A stretch of 64,000 bases of DNA from Saccharolobus solfataricus P2. Its GTDB lineage: Archaea > Thermoproteota > Thermoprotei_A > Sulfolobales > Sulfolobaceae. The translations under genes and the position numbers were made by a program. Shown here piece by piece: positions 24,301 to 35,313 of this stretch (the first letter of the stretch is position 1; every line of letters starts with the position of its first letter). Location: the NCBI RefSeq assembly GCF_000007005.1, contig NC_002754.1. One strand, 5' to 3'. Below the pieces are notes generated by a model. It did not search any database. It was given only the letters and a program-made list of their open reading frames with translations, and was not told the origin of the DNA.

Positions 24301-25267
24301 ATTGAATTATACAAGATTTGGTTCAAGCTTATGAGGAAGAGAAGGACGCTAGGATTAAGGAGAGAATTCTCTCAGTAAAGTTGCACTTAGTTGACGGTAA
24401 ATCGGAGAAGAAAGTTTCGAAAATGCTGAACAAGGGTTATTCCACAATAAAATTGTGGGTTGGCAAGTACAAGAAAGAAGGTCTTAATGGACTAAGAGAC
24501 AAGCCCAGATCGGGAAGACCGAGAAAAGCTGAAAAAGGAAAAATAAAACAAATTCTAGAAGACCAGCCGCAAAAATATGGAATACAAGAAGAGTACTGGA
24601 CAATGAGAACATTCAAGATAGCATTACAAGAACAAGGAATAGAATACAAGAAATCCAGGCTATACGAGCTAGTTCACGAACTAGGATATAACTTGGTAAA
24701 ACCTAGGCCTACTAACGTTCAAGCAAAAAAGGACATGTGGGACGACTTTAAAATTGGAAGGAGAGGCTCTCTTCTTTCTAGACGAGAGTAGGATAGTCAT
24801 TAGTACGGCAATTAGGAAGGTTTTGGCTAAGATTTATAGTAAGCCAGTAATGCACGTTAATATGGGTTTTTCTTCACTTCACGTTTTTCTCGCTATAAAC
24901 GCGTGGACTGGTGAAGTGGTTGTTGGTATTCTTAGGAGGACTAATTCTGAGTCTTTGAAGTACTTCTTGAGGTACTTTAAGATGGTAATGGGAGGGTCTA
25001 CATGGTTATGGATAATTATTCTCCTCACAAGACTAGGCTTGAGGTTTGTCGCAGGAAGGGCATTCATCCCATATTTACTCCTCCCTATTCGCTTTAGCTT
25101 AATATGGCAGAGGCGGTCTTCAAGCCCTTCAAGATATACATAAGTAATAAAGTATTTCACTCGATAGATGAGGTTGTAAATTGTATTAAACAGTTCTTTG
25201 AGGAAAATAAGTATAAGTTTAATCTTAAGGCAATAAAATACTTAGGATTAGATAAAATTGAGGTCTA
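24301..25267 (+). mobile_element. IS630-family transposase relic (5'-truncated, multiple frameshifts and a stop)
   Basis: HTH with GLNGLRDKPRSGRP, winged-HTH (YWT..., LGY...KPRP), then LDES, MDNYSPH (in a shifted frame) and TPPYS*LNMAE DDE motifs across three frames. Confidence 0.85.
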
Positions 25268-25351
25268 AAGACTTTCCGGCGTTCTATATAGGAAATACTA
25301 GTGATGTAAGTTCCCCGAAAAACATTAATACTAATATCGTGAGTATGAAGT

Positions 25352-27286
25352 GTGAAGTGTAAGGTTGCAATCGATATTGGAGGAACTTTTACTGATTTCA
25401 TAATACTCTCCGAGGTAGGTGAAGTTAGTACGATAAAATTTTTAACTAATCCCAGAAATCCTGGTGAGGTAATACAAAATGTAATAAAAGGCTTAAACTG
25501 CGAGGTAGAGGAGGTAGTGCATGCCACGACATTAGCTACAAACGCTTTATTAGGGCAGGAGAATCTTAACATTCCCAGAACTGCTCTTCTTACTACTAAA
25601 GGTTTTAGAGATGTAATAGAAATAGGGAGACAAAATAGGCCTAGATTGTATGATCTGTATTTCGAAAAACCTAAACAAATAGTCCCCAGAGAGTTAAGAA
25701 TAGAGGTAGATGAGAGAGTTAATGCAGATGGTGAAATTTTAAAAGAGGTAGATGAGATAGAGGTAGAGGAAAAGGTAAGCAAGATAAAAGCCGAAGCCGT
25801 AGCAGTGAGTTATTTACACTCTTATATTAATCCACATAATGAATTAAAGACTAAGGAGGTCTTAAAGAAATATTTTAAGTATATCTCAATATCCTCAGAA
25901 GTAGCTCCAGAACCACGAGAGTACGAAAGAACTTCTACCACGGTAATTAATGCAGCTTTAATGCCAATAGTCTCCTCTTATCTTGAAAATATCCAGTCTT
26001 CTTTACCGACTGATAATTTTTATATAATGTCAAGCTCTGGAGGGCTAGTAGATATTAATGAGGCTTTAAATAAGTCCGTCCAATTAATAGAATCTGGTCC
26101 TGCAGCTGGAGTGATAGCGTCAGCCAGTTTCCTTCCCGAGGAGAACTTAATAAGTTTTGATATGGGAGGGACTACAGCAAAAGCGGGAGTCGTAATAAAC
26201 GGCAAATTCGAGATAACTTCTGAGTATGAAGTAGGAGGAGAGGTTCATCACGGTAGAGTGGTTAAGGGTAGCGGGTACCCGATAAGGTTTCCCTTTGTGG
26301 ACTTAGCAGAAGTTTCAGCTGGAGGAGGTACGATTATATGGAGAGATGAGGCTAACGCTTTAAGGGTGGGACCGATAAGTGCTGGTGCAGATCCCGGACC
26401 GATATGTTATAACAAAGGGGGAAATAAACCAACGATAACTGATGCTAATTTAGTCTTAGGTAGACTTGGAGAGGAATTATTAGGAGGAAACATGAAACTT
26501 TATAAAGAGAAGGCCTTAGAGGGCTTATCTAGACTAGGTGATCCATATGAGGTAAGTAAAGTCGCGTTAGATTTAGTCAATTTAGAAATGGCTAGGGCTA
26601 TAAGGTTAGTTACTGTTGAGAGGGGCTTAGATCCGTCAAATTTCTCTCTTATAGCTTTTGGAGGGGCTGGTCCTCAACATGCGTTATATTTAGCCGATGA
26701 GATAGGTATAAAAAGGGTAATAATTCCACCTTATCCTGGACTGTTTAGTGCATTAGGACTTTTACTTGCTGACTGGCGTTTTGAGGCTAGGAAATCTTAC
26801 CCTAAAGACTTAGAGAGGGACTTCAAGGAGTTAGAAAATAAATTAATTGAAAGGCTCAAAAAGGTTGATTACTTCATTAGATATGCCGATGTTAGATATA
26901 AGGGGCAGGGATGGGAACTGACAATTCAGGTTCCAGAAAACGTTAATGAAATTAGAAAGGTGTTCGAGGATAAACATTTAGCTACATATGGTTTCGTTAT
27001 GAGTGATAGGGAAATAGAGATAGTTACTATAAGGGTGTTCGCAATTAGAAGGAGAGTTACGCCAAAAATATCACCTACATTTGGGAACGAAAACAAACCT
27101 AAGGAAATTAGAAAGGTTCTAATAGAAGATGATTGGGTTAATACAGAGGTCTACGTTAGGGAGAAGTTACCTAAGGGATTTGAAATAAGGGGTCCGGCAA
27201 TTATTGAGGAGTATAGCTCTACTATCGTGGTCAAGCCAGGTTGGAAGGCTTTAGTAGATGATTCAATTATAATGGTGAGAGAATGA
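25352..27286 (+). CDS. Hydantoinase/5-oxoprolinase ATP-binding subunit (HyuA/OplA-like)
   Basis: [50 protein letters not shown] motifs. Confidence 0.93.
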   Translation: MKCKVAIDIGGTFTDFIILSEVGEVSTIKFLTNPRNPGEVIQNVIKGLNCEVEEVVHATTLATNALLGQENLNIPRTALLTTKGFRDVIEIGRQNRPRLYDLYFEKPKQIVPRELRIEVDERVNADGEILKEVDEIEVEEKVSKIKAEAVAVSYLHSYINPHNELKTKEVLKKYFKYISISSEVAPEPREYERTSTTVINAALMPIVSSYLENIQSSLPTDNFYIMSSSGGLVDINEALNKSVQLIESGPAAGVIASASFLPEENLISFDMGGTTAKAGVVINGKFEITSEYEVGGEVHHGRVVKGSGYPIRFPFVDLAEVSAGGGTIIWRDEANALRVGPISAGADPGPICYNKGGNKPTITDANLVLGRLGEELLGGNMKLYKEKALEGLSRLGDPYEVSKVALDLVNLEMARAIRLVTVERGLDPSNFSLIAFGGAGPQHALYLADEIGIKRVIIPPYPGLFSALGLLLADWRFEARKSYPKDLERDFKELENKLIERLKKVDYFIRYADVRYKGQGWELTIQVPENVNEIRKVFEDKHLATYGFVMSDREIEIVTIRVFAIRRRVTPKISPTFGNENKPKEIRKVLIEDDWVNTEVYVREKLPKGFEIRGPAIIEEYSSTIVVKPGWKALVDDSIIMVRE

Positions 27287-28815
27287 CGAGTTGGGAAATA
27301 ATTCATAAGGCTTTTGAATTTATTGCAGAAGAAATGGGAGTTATGTTAAAGAGATCGGCGATGTCACCTAATATTAGGGAGAGAATGGACCACAGTTGTG
27401 CCATTTTAGACGCTGAGGGAAATATCATAGCTCAGGCTGAGCATATACCCGTTCATCTAGGTTCCTTCAGTGTAGGAGTTAAGAATACTCTGAAAATCGT
27501 TAATTTAGAAGAGGGCGATATGGTTATATTAAATGACCCTTACATTTCTGGTACTCACTTAAATGACGTAATGCTGTTAGCCCCTATTTATTATAACGGT
27601 AAACTCATAGGATACGTTGTTAATAAAGCTCATCATGTAGACGTAGGAGGACCTTCTCCAGGGAGTTTAAACCCTTATGCCACTACAATATATGAGGAGG
27701 GACTTGTAATACCTCCAGTAAAGATAATTAAGAAGGGTAAGCTAAACGAGGAGATAGTTGAGATTATTAGAGAGAACTTTAAGGTTCCAGAAGTATCCTT
27801 AGGTGATTTAAATGCTCAGATCTCAGCTAACTTAAACGGTGTATTGAGAGTAAAGCAGCTAATAGATAAATACGGCTTAGATAGAGTTTTATCTTCCTGG
27901 GCAAAATCAATTGAATACGGAAGATCCTTAGCTCTTTCTGAAATTTCTAAATGGAATGAGGGTTCATTTGAGGATGAGGATTACTTAGAATTGGATACTT
28001 TAAAGAGAATAAGGGTTAAAATAACTATTAGTGATAAGGGAATAATTGCAGACTTTAATGGAACTGATAATCAAGTTGAAGCTCCATTTAACGCAGTATA
28101 CGGTGTTACTTTTTCTGCAGTGAGTTTTGTGGTTAGGTCTTTAATAGGGAAGGACATTCCTACTAATGAGGGGTTTTATAGCGTAATTAAGGTAATAGCA
28201 CCAGAGGGTACTATAGTTAATCCATTAAAGCCTGCAGCAGTCGGAGGAGGAAACGTTGAAACTTCACAGAGGATTGCAGATGTCACATTTAAAGCGTTTT
28301 CACACTCAATTCCAGTACCAGCTGCAAGCTCTGGTACCATGATGAACGTAATGATGGGGGGCACTTATAAGGGAAAATATTGGGCTTACTATGAGACTAT
28401 AGGGGGAGGTATGGGGGGAAGACCAAATAAGGATGGAGTGTCTGGGGTTCATGTAAATATGACGAATACGTTAAATACTCCCATAGAAATAGCTGAAAGG
28501 CATTATCCAATACTTTTCACTACATATAGAATAAGAGAAGGAAGCGGAGGAAAGGGTATGTATAGGGGAGGAGATGGAATAATAAGAGCATTTAAGGTTT
28601 TAGAGAAAACTAAGCTCTCAATAATGGCTGAAAGATTTAAGGTTCCACCTTGGGGATTAAAGGGAGGAGAGAACGGAAAGCCAGGGAGGGTTACAATTAT
28701 CAGAAAGGGTAATGTTGTAGAGGAAATGCCCAGTAAGTTCTCCACTATTTTAAATCCGGGAGATGAGGTAATAATTGAAACCCCAGGGGGAGGAGGATAT
28801 GGAAGCGAGAAATAG
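27283..28815 (+). CDS. Hydantoinase/5-oxoprolinase B subunit (HyuB/OplB-like)
   Basis: [54 protein letters not shown]. Confidence 0.93.
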   Translation: MTSWEIIHKAFEFIAEEMGVMLKRSAMSPNIRERMDHSCAILDAEGNIIAQAEHIPVHLGSFSVGVKNTLKIVNLEEGDMVILNDPYISGTHLNDVMLLAPIYYNGKLIGYVVNKAHHVDVGGPSPGSLNPYATTIYEEGLVIPPVKIIKKGKLNEEIVEIIRENFKVPEVSLGDLNAQISANLNGVLRVKQLIDKYGLDRVLSSWAKSIEYGRSLALSEISKWNEGSFEDEDYLELDTLKRIRVKITISDKGIIADFNGTDNQVEAPFNAVYGVTFSAVSFVVRSLIGKDIPTNEGFYSVIKVIAPEGTIVNPLKPAAVGGGNVETSQRIADVTFKAFSHSIPVPAASSGTMMNVMMGGTYKGKYWAYYETIGGGMGGRPNKDGVSGVHVNMTNTLNTPIEIAERHYPILFTTYRIREGSGGKGMYRGGDGIIRAFKVLEKTKLSIMAERFKVPPWGLKGGENGKPGRVTIIRKGNVVEEMPSKFSTILNPGDEVIIETPGGGGYGSEK

Positions 28816-28937
28816 TGATCTATTACTCTTTTTTCATTCAATTTTAGCTAAACATTTTAAATTATAAGAGGCATGTAAGTAACAGTTTATGGCTATAAAA
28901 TTAGAAAAGTTAATTTTCTTTCATAATTTTACTATGC

Positions 28938-29064
28938 TTCGTAAACTGCCCACCCAGATACTCACCATCGTACCTAGCAAACTACTTCAAGGGGAAATCA
29001 GCCAGACAAGTCTTGAAGAAATTCCCAGAGTTAAGAAAATACACAAACCCCGTCTGGGTGAGGC
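28938..29064 (+). mobile_element. IS200/IS605 TnpA (Y1 transposase) fragment
   Basis: Frame missed by the ORF track reads FVNCPPRYSPSYLANYFKGKSARQVLKKFPELRKY, the segment that follows the HUH motif in TnpA. Confidence 0.75.
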
Positions 29065-29117
29065 TTGTCATTCTTTGTCAGAAAAAGTTAAAAGTGTGTT
29101 TTATAATGTTTATTGTA

Positions 29118-29495
29118 ATGAGTATAAGTACTAGTGCAGAAATATATTACGAGGAAGCGGAGGAGTTTTTATCTAAGGGTGATCTTGTTCAAGCTTGTGA
29201 GAAGTATTATAAGGCTGCTGAGGAGGCTATAAAGCTTCTTGTTATAGAAAATAACCTAAAAGAAATAATAAATGAGGCAGAAGAGCACGGGTGGGATTCT
29301 AAGACATTAAATGATGCGGTAACTGAACTGTCTTATAAGCTTGGAGATAATATAATAGACATGTGGGCATCAGCGGTAACACTTTTTACTGCAAGGAAAT
29401 TTATGGATAAAGATTTAATAGAGAATTATAAGAAAGACATTAAGACGCTAATTGAGGAGGCCAAGCAAAGATTTAGCATTAAAGTTCTTAAATGA
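29118..29495 (+). CDS. PaREP1-family (HEPN-like fold) protein
   Basis: AEEFLSKGDLVQACEKYYKAAEEAIK motif. ATG 29118 chosen because the upstream extension is TnpA-derived. Confidence 0.85.
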   Translation: MSISTSAEIYYEEAEEFLSKGDLVQACEKYYKAAEEAIKLLVIENNLKEIINEAEEHGWDSKTLNDAVTELSYKLGDNIIDMWASAVTLFTARKFMDKDLIENYKKDIKTLIEEAKQRFSIKVLK

Positions 29496-29823
29496 GGCTG
29501 AGGAGTTTTTATCTAAGGGTGATCTTGTTCAAGCTTGTGAGAAGTATTATAAGGCTGCTGAGGAGGCTATAAAGCTTCTTGTTATAGAAAATAACCTAAA
29601 AGAAATAATAAATGATGTTGAGAGCAAGGGAAGATGGGAAAGCGAAAACTTGTTTAAAGCTTCCAAATTATTACGAAGTAATAATCTTGAAATACTAATT
29701 CTATGGAAAAGCGCATGGACTCTTCATGTGGAAGGATTCCATGAGCTTAGTTTAAACGAGAAGGAAGTTAAAAAACTTAAGGAAGATGTTAAGAAACTAG
29801 TTATATTTGCCATTAATAGTTAA
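29452..29823 (+). CDS. Second PaREP1-family protein (tandem paralogue)
   Basis: Same N-terminal motif, plus GRW and AWTLHVEGFHE; TTG start inside the upstream gene. Confidence 0.8.
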   Translation: MRRPSKDLALKFLNEAEEFLSKGDLVQACEKYYKAAEEAIKLLVIENNLKEIINDVESKGRWESENLFKASKLLRSNNLEILILWKSAWTLHVEGFHELSLNEKEVKKLKEDVKKLVIFAINS

Positions 29824-30144
29824 GGATTTTACTCCTAATTATAGCTTTTTTCCTTAACCTTTCTTCTATACTTGATAATACTAAACATAAAATATTACTA
29901 GTAAGAATAAACTGCTTTTGAATTGTTCTTTAAGTGTTTACTCATAATTTATCTATATATTATATGAAATAATTATTTTTAGATATTTTATTAAAAATTT
30001 ATCTCTTCCAAAGGGAGTGTGGATAACAATTTTGTTAATTCAGTATAAATTATATAAAGTATAATTTTATTTTCAATTCACCACAAGATTTATCAGTTAT
30101 TAAAGTATGGTGCTGTAATTTTAACCTTATTCAAAATTTTTATT

Positions 30145-31068
30145 GTGAATCAGAGGTTTATAATGATATATGGCTTTTTTGGTGCTTTAATAGGAAACGA
30201 AGTATTGGTAGCATTAAGTGTCGAATGGAGTGGAAAAACTACTGATAATAGGCTAATAGCAGTTTATTTATCGTCTGCCATCTTAGGTTCAATTTCATTC
30301 CTTTTCCTTAGTCAACAATTGGGACTTATTTCTATCCTACTTAGTATGGGAATCCTCCTTTATCATTCAAAGGAATACTTAGGTGTATCAAAAATAGGCT
30401 TGTCACCTACAACCTACAATTGGTTACTATTTTACTCTATCATGATATCATCTGCTATAGTAGCGTTCCAACTTGGATTGGGATGTACAATACCTTACAT
30501 AAACCTAATATTCCCTGCTAGCATGATTTTGGCAGTGATGGATAGAGATATCGCCCTTGTAACTGGAGTAAAAATTGCTAGACATTGGGAAAACGTATTG
30601 GCTTTCATACTATTAGCTATTGGGATGGGAATTTACCCTAATGGTAGTATTTTAATGATTTTAGCGTGGATTTTATCGTTTCACGCTTCTGGGTTATACA
30701 GATTTAAGGGAAGGAGGTATCCGATTCTCCACTTGGGCATTGCTTGGATATATCTTTTGATTGCGTCAATATTAGTTTTCAGTTATGATATATACATTCA
30801 CGCAATAGCAGTGGGTTTTCTCTTCAACACAGTATTTGGAGTTGATGTAGTAATGATGGATTTGTTTGTCAATGCCTTCAATAGAAGGATACACGTAAAA
30901 CCTTCATATATTCCATTTATCTTGTTAAATGTTGGTTTAACAATGAGGTTCTTGTACAATTTCGGATTATCAATACCAATTCTTTTATTGGCCTCTCCAT
31001 TACAAGGAATTGGAATACTTTCATTTTTTGTATTAACACTTAAACAAGTGGTGAGGCTAAATGAATAG
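30145..31068 (+). CDS. Multi-pass membrane protein (possibly NnrS-like)
   Basis: 307 aa, about 10 hydrophobic segments, YIHAIAVGFLFNTVFG; family guess is tentative. Confidence 0.55.
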   Translation: MNQRFIMIYGFFGALIGNEVLVALSVEWSGKTTDNRLIAVYLSSAILGSISFLFLSQQLGLISILLSMGILLYHSKEYLGVSKIGLSPTTYNWLLFYSIMISSAIVAFQLGLGCTIPYINLIFPASMILAVMDRDIALVTGVKIARHWENVLAFILLAIGMGIYPNGSILMILAWILSFHASGLYRFKGRRYPILHLGIAWIYLLIASILVFSYDIYIHAIAVGFLFNTVFGVDVVMMDLFVNAFNRRIHVKPSYIPFILLNVGLTMRFLYNFGLSIPILLLASPLQGIGILSFFVLTLKQVVRLNE

Positions 31069-31792
31069 AGGTAAAGTTAGAAATCATGCGTTATATTTCC
31101 TAGGAGTACTCACTTATGTAGTTGCTCTACTACCGTTCCTCAGTGTTAATTTAGTAAAGGCATTGGTACTTATTCCAATAATAGCTTACACTTTACCTAT
31201 AATGGAATATTTACAACCCTAAAATTATGTCCCTTAAAGATAGGATATAAGGACATTCTGGTAATGAAACCTCCGATTATCCCCTTATGTATTTCTCCCT
31301 TATAACGAGATAAGGATAGTCTACGTTTCGATACCGTTAGTGCTAATGTTACTCACATTGACATTATATCTTACAAAATACACCATGTGGGGGAACGTAA
31401 TAGGTACTGCATTTGAAGCATCTATATCGATTGTATGGGGATTATTCATTAATAACCCTCTCTTCCTTATACCATCAATATACTAGCTTCTCTACATTTT
31501 TACTGGCGCATTATACGTGGAATATAAGATACCGTATAGGAAACTAGATAGGAGGGTTGTACAGATAAGTTGGGTTATCTCATTAGTTCTACTAATAGTG
31601 CTGAGTTTAAAGAACCCAATCACTCTAATAACGTTAATTGAGCCGTCAACTAGATACCTAATACCGGGAGAAAAGCTGAAATCTCCTAAGGAAATAAGGG
31701 AATTAGGCAGGAGAGGATCAAAGAAGGATATACTCTTTGTAGTGTTGTTAATGATAACTTATACTTTATCAAGAATATTTCTCACCATCTAG
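31061..31792 (+). pseudogene. Disrupted membrane-protein gene (YwiC-like?)
   Basis: ATG 31061 overlaps the upstream stop; hydrophobic coding segments continue through frameshifts and an in-frame TAG (IY*LLYIFTGALYVEYKIPYRKL) into ORF 31517-31792. Confidence 0.5.
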
Positions 31793-32099
31793 TTTCTATA
31801 AGGGAAGTATTTGATCTGAGCAAAACTTTCGCTGTTGTTACCTTTTTCCCCCAACTTTTCCCTAAGTTAAATGACTAAGCATTCTACCTTCTGGGTCTCT
31901 AACCTGAGCCTAAGTTAAAGCCAATTATAAATATCAGAGTACTAGTCTATTAGAAAAATTGCATGACTTATAAATACAATCGACACTAAATATATTCAGA
32001 GAAAGTAAGAAATAACTCGATTAATGGGATAAGAGGTACTAAATTAAAAAAATTTGCATATATAAGAAGTTTTATAAACCATAAGGAGAATCTTATATT

Positions 32100-32342
32100 A
32101 TGTCTCAAGAGGTTAGGATTGCAAAGACGTTAGATGCTAGGGGGATGTATTGCCCCGGCCCAGTTTTAGAAACTGCAAAGGCAATTAAGCAAATAAATGT
32201 TGGTGAGGTTTTGGAAATACTTGCAACTGATCCTGCTGCGAAACCTGACATTGAAGCGTGGGCTAGGAGAACCGGAAACCAAGTAGTTGACATACAACAA
32301 CAAGGAGGAGTAACAAGGATATTAATTAAAAGAATGAAATAA
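32100..32342 (+). CDS. TusA/SirA-family sulfur carrier
   Basis: LDARGMYCPGPV, VLEILATDP, DIEAWA; 80 aa. Confidence 0.9.
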   Translation: MSQEVRIAKTLDARGMYCPGPVLETAKAIKQINVGEVLEILATDPAAKPDIEAWARRTGNQVVDIQQQGGVTRILIKRMK

Positions 32343-32356
32343 TTAGGAGTAAGTAA

Positions 32357-33514
32357 TTATTGATTTCCTTTTTTTATACCATTTTCTTTAAATTTCGGTA
32401 TTAAATTGATAGGATAGGATTGCCTTATATTCCATTTGTCAGTCTTAAATGGTTCTCCATCTATTGTAATTACTCTTTCAGCTATGATATCACAATATTT
32501 ACATTCCTTGCAACTTCTCGTATCGCAATCGTTGGTAAGGAAGAACTTTATCCCATCCTCAGGGAACTTTGTATTGTCTATCTTCACTTTAGTTAGTACA
32601 GAATAGGATGATGGCCCATTAACCATCTGAATAGCCTTTGTTGCCGCTCTCCCTTGAGGGTAGCTAACAAGATCTAAGAGATCTCCTTCATACATTCTCT
32701 CGGTAAAAGCCTTAACCACGTTCAATATCCATTCTGTCTTTTTATTTCTCCCAGCGATCTTAAACCTATTTATCCCTATCTCCTCGTAGTATTTTATATC
32801 CTCTGGCCTAATCCACCTACTCCTTATCAAATTTACTGGATCGTTTAAGACATCAGTTGCACATAATAATATAGGATACTCAAACCAAACGTCATTTACT
32901 CCGTTTACCATAGAAGTAATTGATGAAATTCCGTCATGTGTAAGCCTAAACGGGCAACCGTAAAGACAAGAATTGTTGAGTATTAACTCCACGTCGAATT
33001 TATTAGTTTTAGATAATGAAGCAATCTCCTTTAATAATTTGAAATCCCTATTTGCATCCTCATGCATAATAATAGTGTTTACACCTAAATTCGCATACTC
33101 CTCAACTTCCCTCACATTGTGAATTCTAGAAAACGATGAGGCTGATACTTCTAAGTCAGGGTATTCACTTCTTATTAGCCTAATAAGAAAGGGTACTGCT
33201 ATTATGAAACCATCAACTCCTAGACTTACTAACTTGTCGATCTCTTTCATTACTTTACCAATAAATTCTGCGTCATATTCCTTGCCTAATAATGTGTTAG
33301 TATTCATTGTGTAAAGAAATTTTATGCCATAAGAATGTGCTATACTAATGTGATTCTTGAACTGTTCTTCCTTAATATCGGGTATGATAAAACCAGCCCT
33401 ACCGTGTCCAGTTATTGTCCTCTTAAAACTTCCAAAAATGTATTTAACCTCTGGATACTTTTTTAATTCTTCCAATAGGGAATCATCGAAATTTGTAGCA
33501 ACTACCAGCTTCAT
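32357..33514 (-). CDS. Peptidase U32-family (Fe-S hydroxylation-type) protein
   Basis: U32 TIM-barrel features (FLYTMN, GVDGFII, SASSF, C-x3-C at [14 protein letters not shown]) plus a C-terminal C-x4-C-x2-C-x2-C cluster. Confidence 0.8.
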   Translation of the reverse strand: MKLVVATNFDDSLLEELKKYPEVKYIFGSFKRTITGHGRAGFIIPDIKEEQFKNHISIAHSYGIKFLYTMNTNTLLGKEYDAEFIGKVMKEIDKLVSLGVDGFIIAVPFLIRLIRSEYPDLEVSASSFSRIHNVREVEEYANLGVNTIIMHEDANRDFKLLKEIASLSKTNKFDVELILNNSCLYGCPFRLTHDGISSITSMVNGVNDVWFEYPILLCATDVLNDPVNLIRSRWIRPEDIKYYEEIGINRFKIAGRNKKTEWILNVVKAFTERMYEGDLLDLVSYPQGRAATKAIQMVNGPSSYSVLTKVKIDNTKFPEDGIKFFLTNDCDTRSCKECKYCDIIAERVITIDGEPFKTDKWNIRQSYPINLIPKFKENGIKKGNQ

Positions 33515-33628
33515 ATGATATCAGACTTTTTCCATTTAAATAAGATTGGCTAAGGAAAAACATGTGGGAAATAGTTTAACGGGGTTTATTAGGAAAAAGT
33601 TATTTAGGAACTTCACATCCAGCGGTCG

Positions 33629-34441
33629 TTATTTCCCTTTAAATACTGGTCTCCTTTTTTCAAAGAACGCCCTAGCTCCCTCCTTAGCGTCTTCTGACGC
33701 TAACGCTTGGTTTTGCATTTCCCTTTCTAGGGCAAACGCATTATACCAAGGTAAATCCATTCCTTCGTTTACCGCTAATTTCGTAAATCCTACAGCTAAT
33801 GATGGACCTTTAGCCACTTGTCTTGCAAATTCAAAGGACTCTTCAAATAGTTTTTCGGGTTCTATTAATCTGTCCAATATTCCGAGTTCATAGGCCTCTT
33901 TAGGAGAGAGCGTCTTTCCGGTTACTATTAAGTATATTGCCTTAGATCTACCCACTAACCTAGCTAAAAACTGTGTTCCACCCTCCCCTGGTATTAGGGC
34001 CAAATTGGCTACTTCTGGCATACCAAATTTTATATTTTCATCGTTAGCTCCAAATCTTAAATCACTCGCCAACGCAAGTTCTAACCCACCTCCCATACAA
34101 TGCCCGTTTATGCTAGCAATTATTAGTTTCTTAGTGGACATCATCCTAAGCATAACCTCCTTACTAAACTGACTCGATAATCCAATATACTCGGGGGACT
34201 TATCCTTTATTTCATTTATATCAAATCCTGCAGAGAAGAACCTAGGAATATTACTAGTTATGAGTATGGCTTTAACGTTTTGGTCGAATCTCGATTCAAC
34301 TATTATATTATCTAATTCCCTCAACATCTCAAGATTATGTGCGTTTGCTGGAGATCTATTTAATTTAATAATTCCTACTCCGTCTTCGACTTCTATTTTG
34401 AAGTACTTTGGATTTAACTCACTTAAGCCCATCAGTCTCAC
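33629..34441 (-). CDS. Enoyl-CoA hydratase/isomerase (crotonase) family
   Basis: FSAGFDI, IASINGHCMGGGLELALASD, FGMPEV, PGEGGTQ, AKEGARAFFEKR. Confidence 0.92.
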   Translation of the reverse strand: MRLMGLSELNPKYFKIEVEDGVGIIKLNRSPANAHNLEMLRELDNIIVESRFDQNVKAILITSNIPRFFSAGFDINEIKDKSPEYIGLSSQFSKEVMLRMMSTKKLIIASINGHCMGGGLELALASDLRFGANDENIKFGMPEVANLALIPGEGGTQFLARLVGRSKAIYLIVTGKTLSPKEAYELGILDRLIEPEKLFEESFEFARQVAKGPSLAVGFTKLAVNEGMDLPWYNAFALEREMQNQALASEDAKEGARAFFEKRRPVFKGK

Positions 34442-35212
34442 CTAATATACCCTTCTATTCCTATTTATATCTGGTAACTCTAAACCTAGAGGAGTAATTA
34501 GTTCTTTAATATCCTTAATGTATAACTGTCTCATTTCATCATTCCTCATTTTCTTTATCCCATACTTGTATGCCAAATCTATTGTAATCGACTTAGAGTG
34601 GCCAAACATGTCCAAGCCTCTAGGGAACCACTTATTTATTAATGCCTGCGCTAAATCCCTCTTGCCTTCCTCAACTAGCTTCTTAATACCAGTATATCCA
34701 AAGTTGATATGAAATTCCTCCTCCATCATCATGGTGGGTATTATCCTAGATAAGGGACCAAAACTAGAATCCTCAAAGGCTAATAGCTGGAACATTCCTA
34801 CTCTATCTATTAAAAAGGTGAAGCCTAAGGTATCTTCCCACATATTGAATGGAATATTAAATGCGTCGAGCTTATGTCTACCCATTCGCCTAGATAGTAG
34901 ATCTTCAGCTATTTTCTTTCCCTCCTCACCGAATTCCTTTAATATCTGAATTACTTGCCATCCGTGCCTCATCTCATCTACCATAATTCTCGAGATAGTT
35001 ACCCTATCAGATAGTTTTGGTGCATGAATTAACCAAGGCATATGCTGCTCTATTGACGCAAATTCTGTATCCCCTTGAACTGACAATAGCTTAAATAAGA
35101 CTTCAACTGCTTCTGGTGGAAGATCATATATTGACTCAAACTTTCTTAATCCCTTATACTCTCCCCATCCAACGACTCTTTTAGGCTTTTTGTATTCCAC
35201 AACTACCATCAT
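34442..35212 (-). CDS. Ferritin-like di-iron aryl-CoA epoxidase subunit (PaaA/BoxB-like)
   Basis: QGDTEFASIEQ...AP...DEMRHG and DRVG...EEEFH give two ExxH iron motifs; QGDTE.ASxEQ resembles BoxB. Confidence 0.8.
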   Translation of the reverse strand: MMVVVEYKKPKRVVGWGEYKGLRKFESIYDLPPEAVEVLFKLLSVQGDTEFASIEQHMPWLIHAPKLSDRVTISRIMVDEMRHGWQVIQILKEFGEEGKKIAEDLLSRRMGRHKLDAFNIPFNMWEDTLGFTFLIDRVGMFQLLAFEDSSFGPLSRIIPTMMMEEEFHINFGYTGIKKLVEEGKRDLAQALINKWFPRGLDMFGHSKSITIDLAYKYGIKKMRNDEMRQLYIKDIKELITPLGLELPDINRNRRVY

Positions 35213-35313
35213 TATACCAATTGTACTTAAAAGTATATAACGTTTTCTGTACGTAGAAAGAAAAAAGCGAAAAGCATAAAAGTTTCTAAAAAATAGATAC
35301 TTAATGAGTTACT

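Noticed and set aside
25225-25782. 185-aa minus-strand ORF and the many other antisense ORFs in the track (e.g. 3906-4181, 20808-21071, 33546-33893, 49967-50410)
   Set aside because: Shadow ORFs opposite well-supported genes, with Ser/Leu/Phe-rich antisense composition and no motifs.
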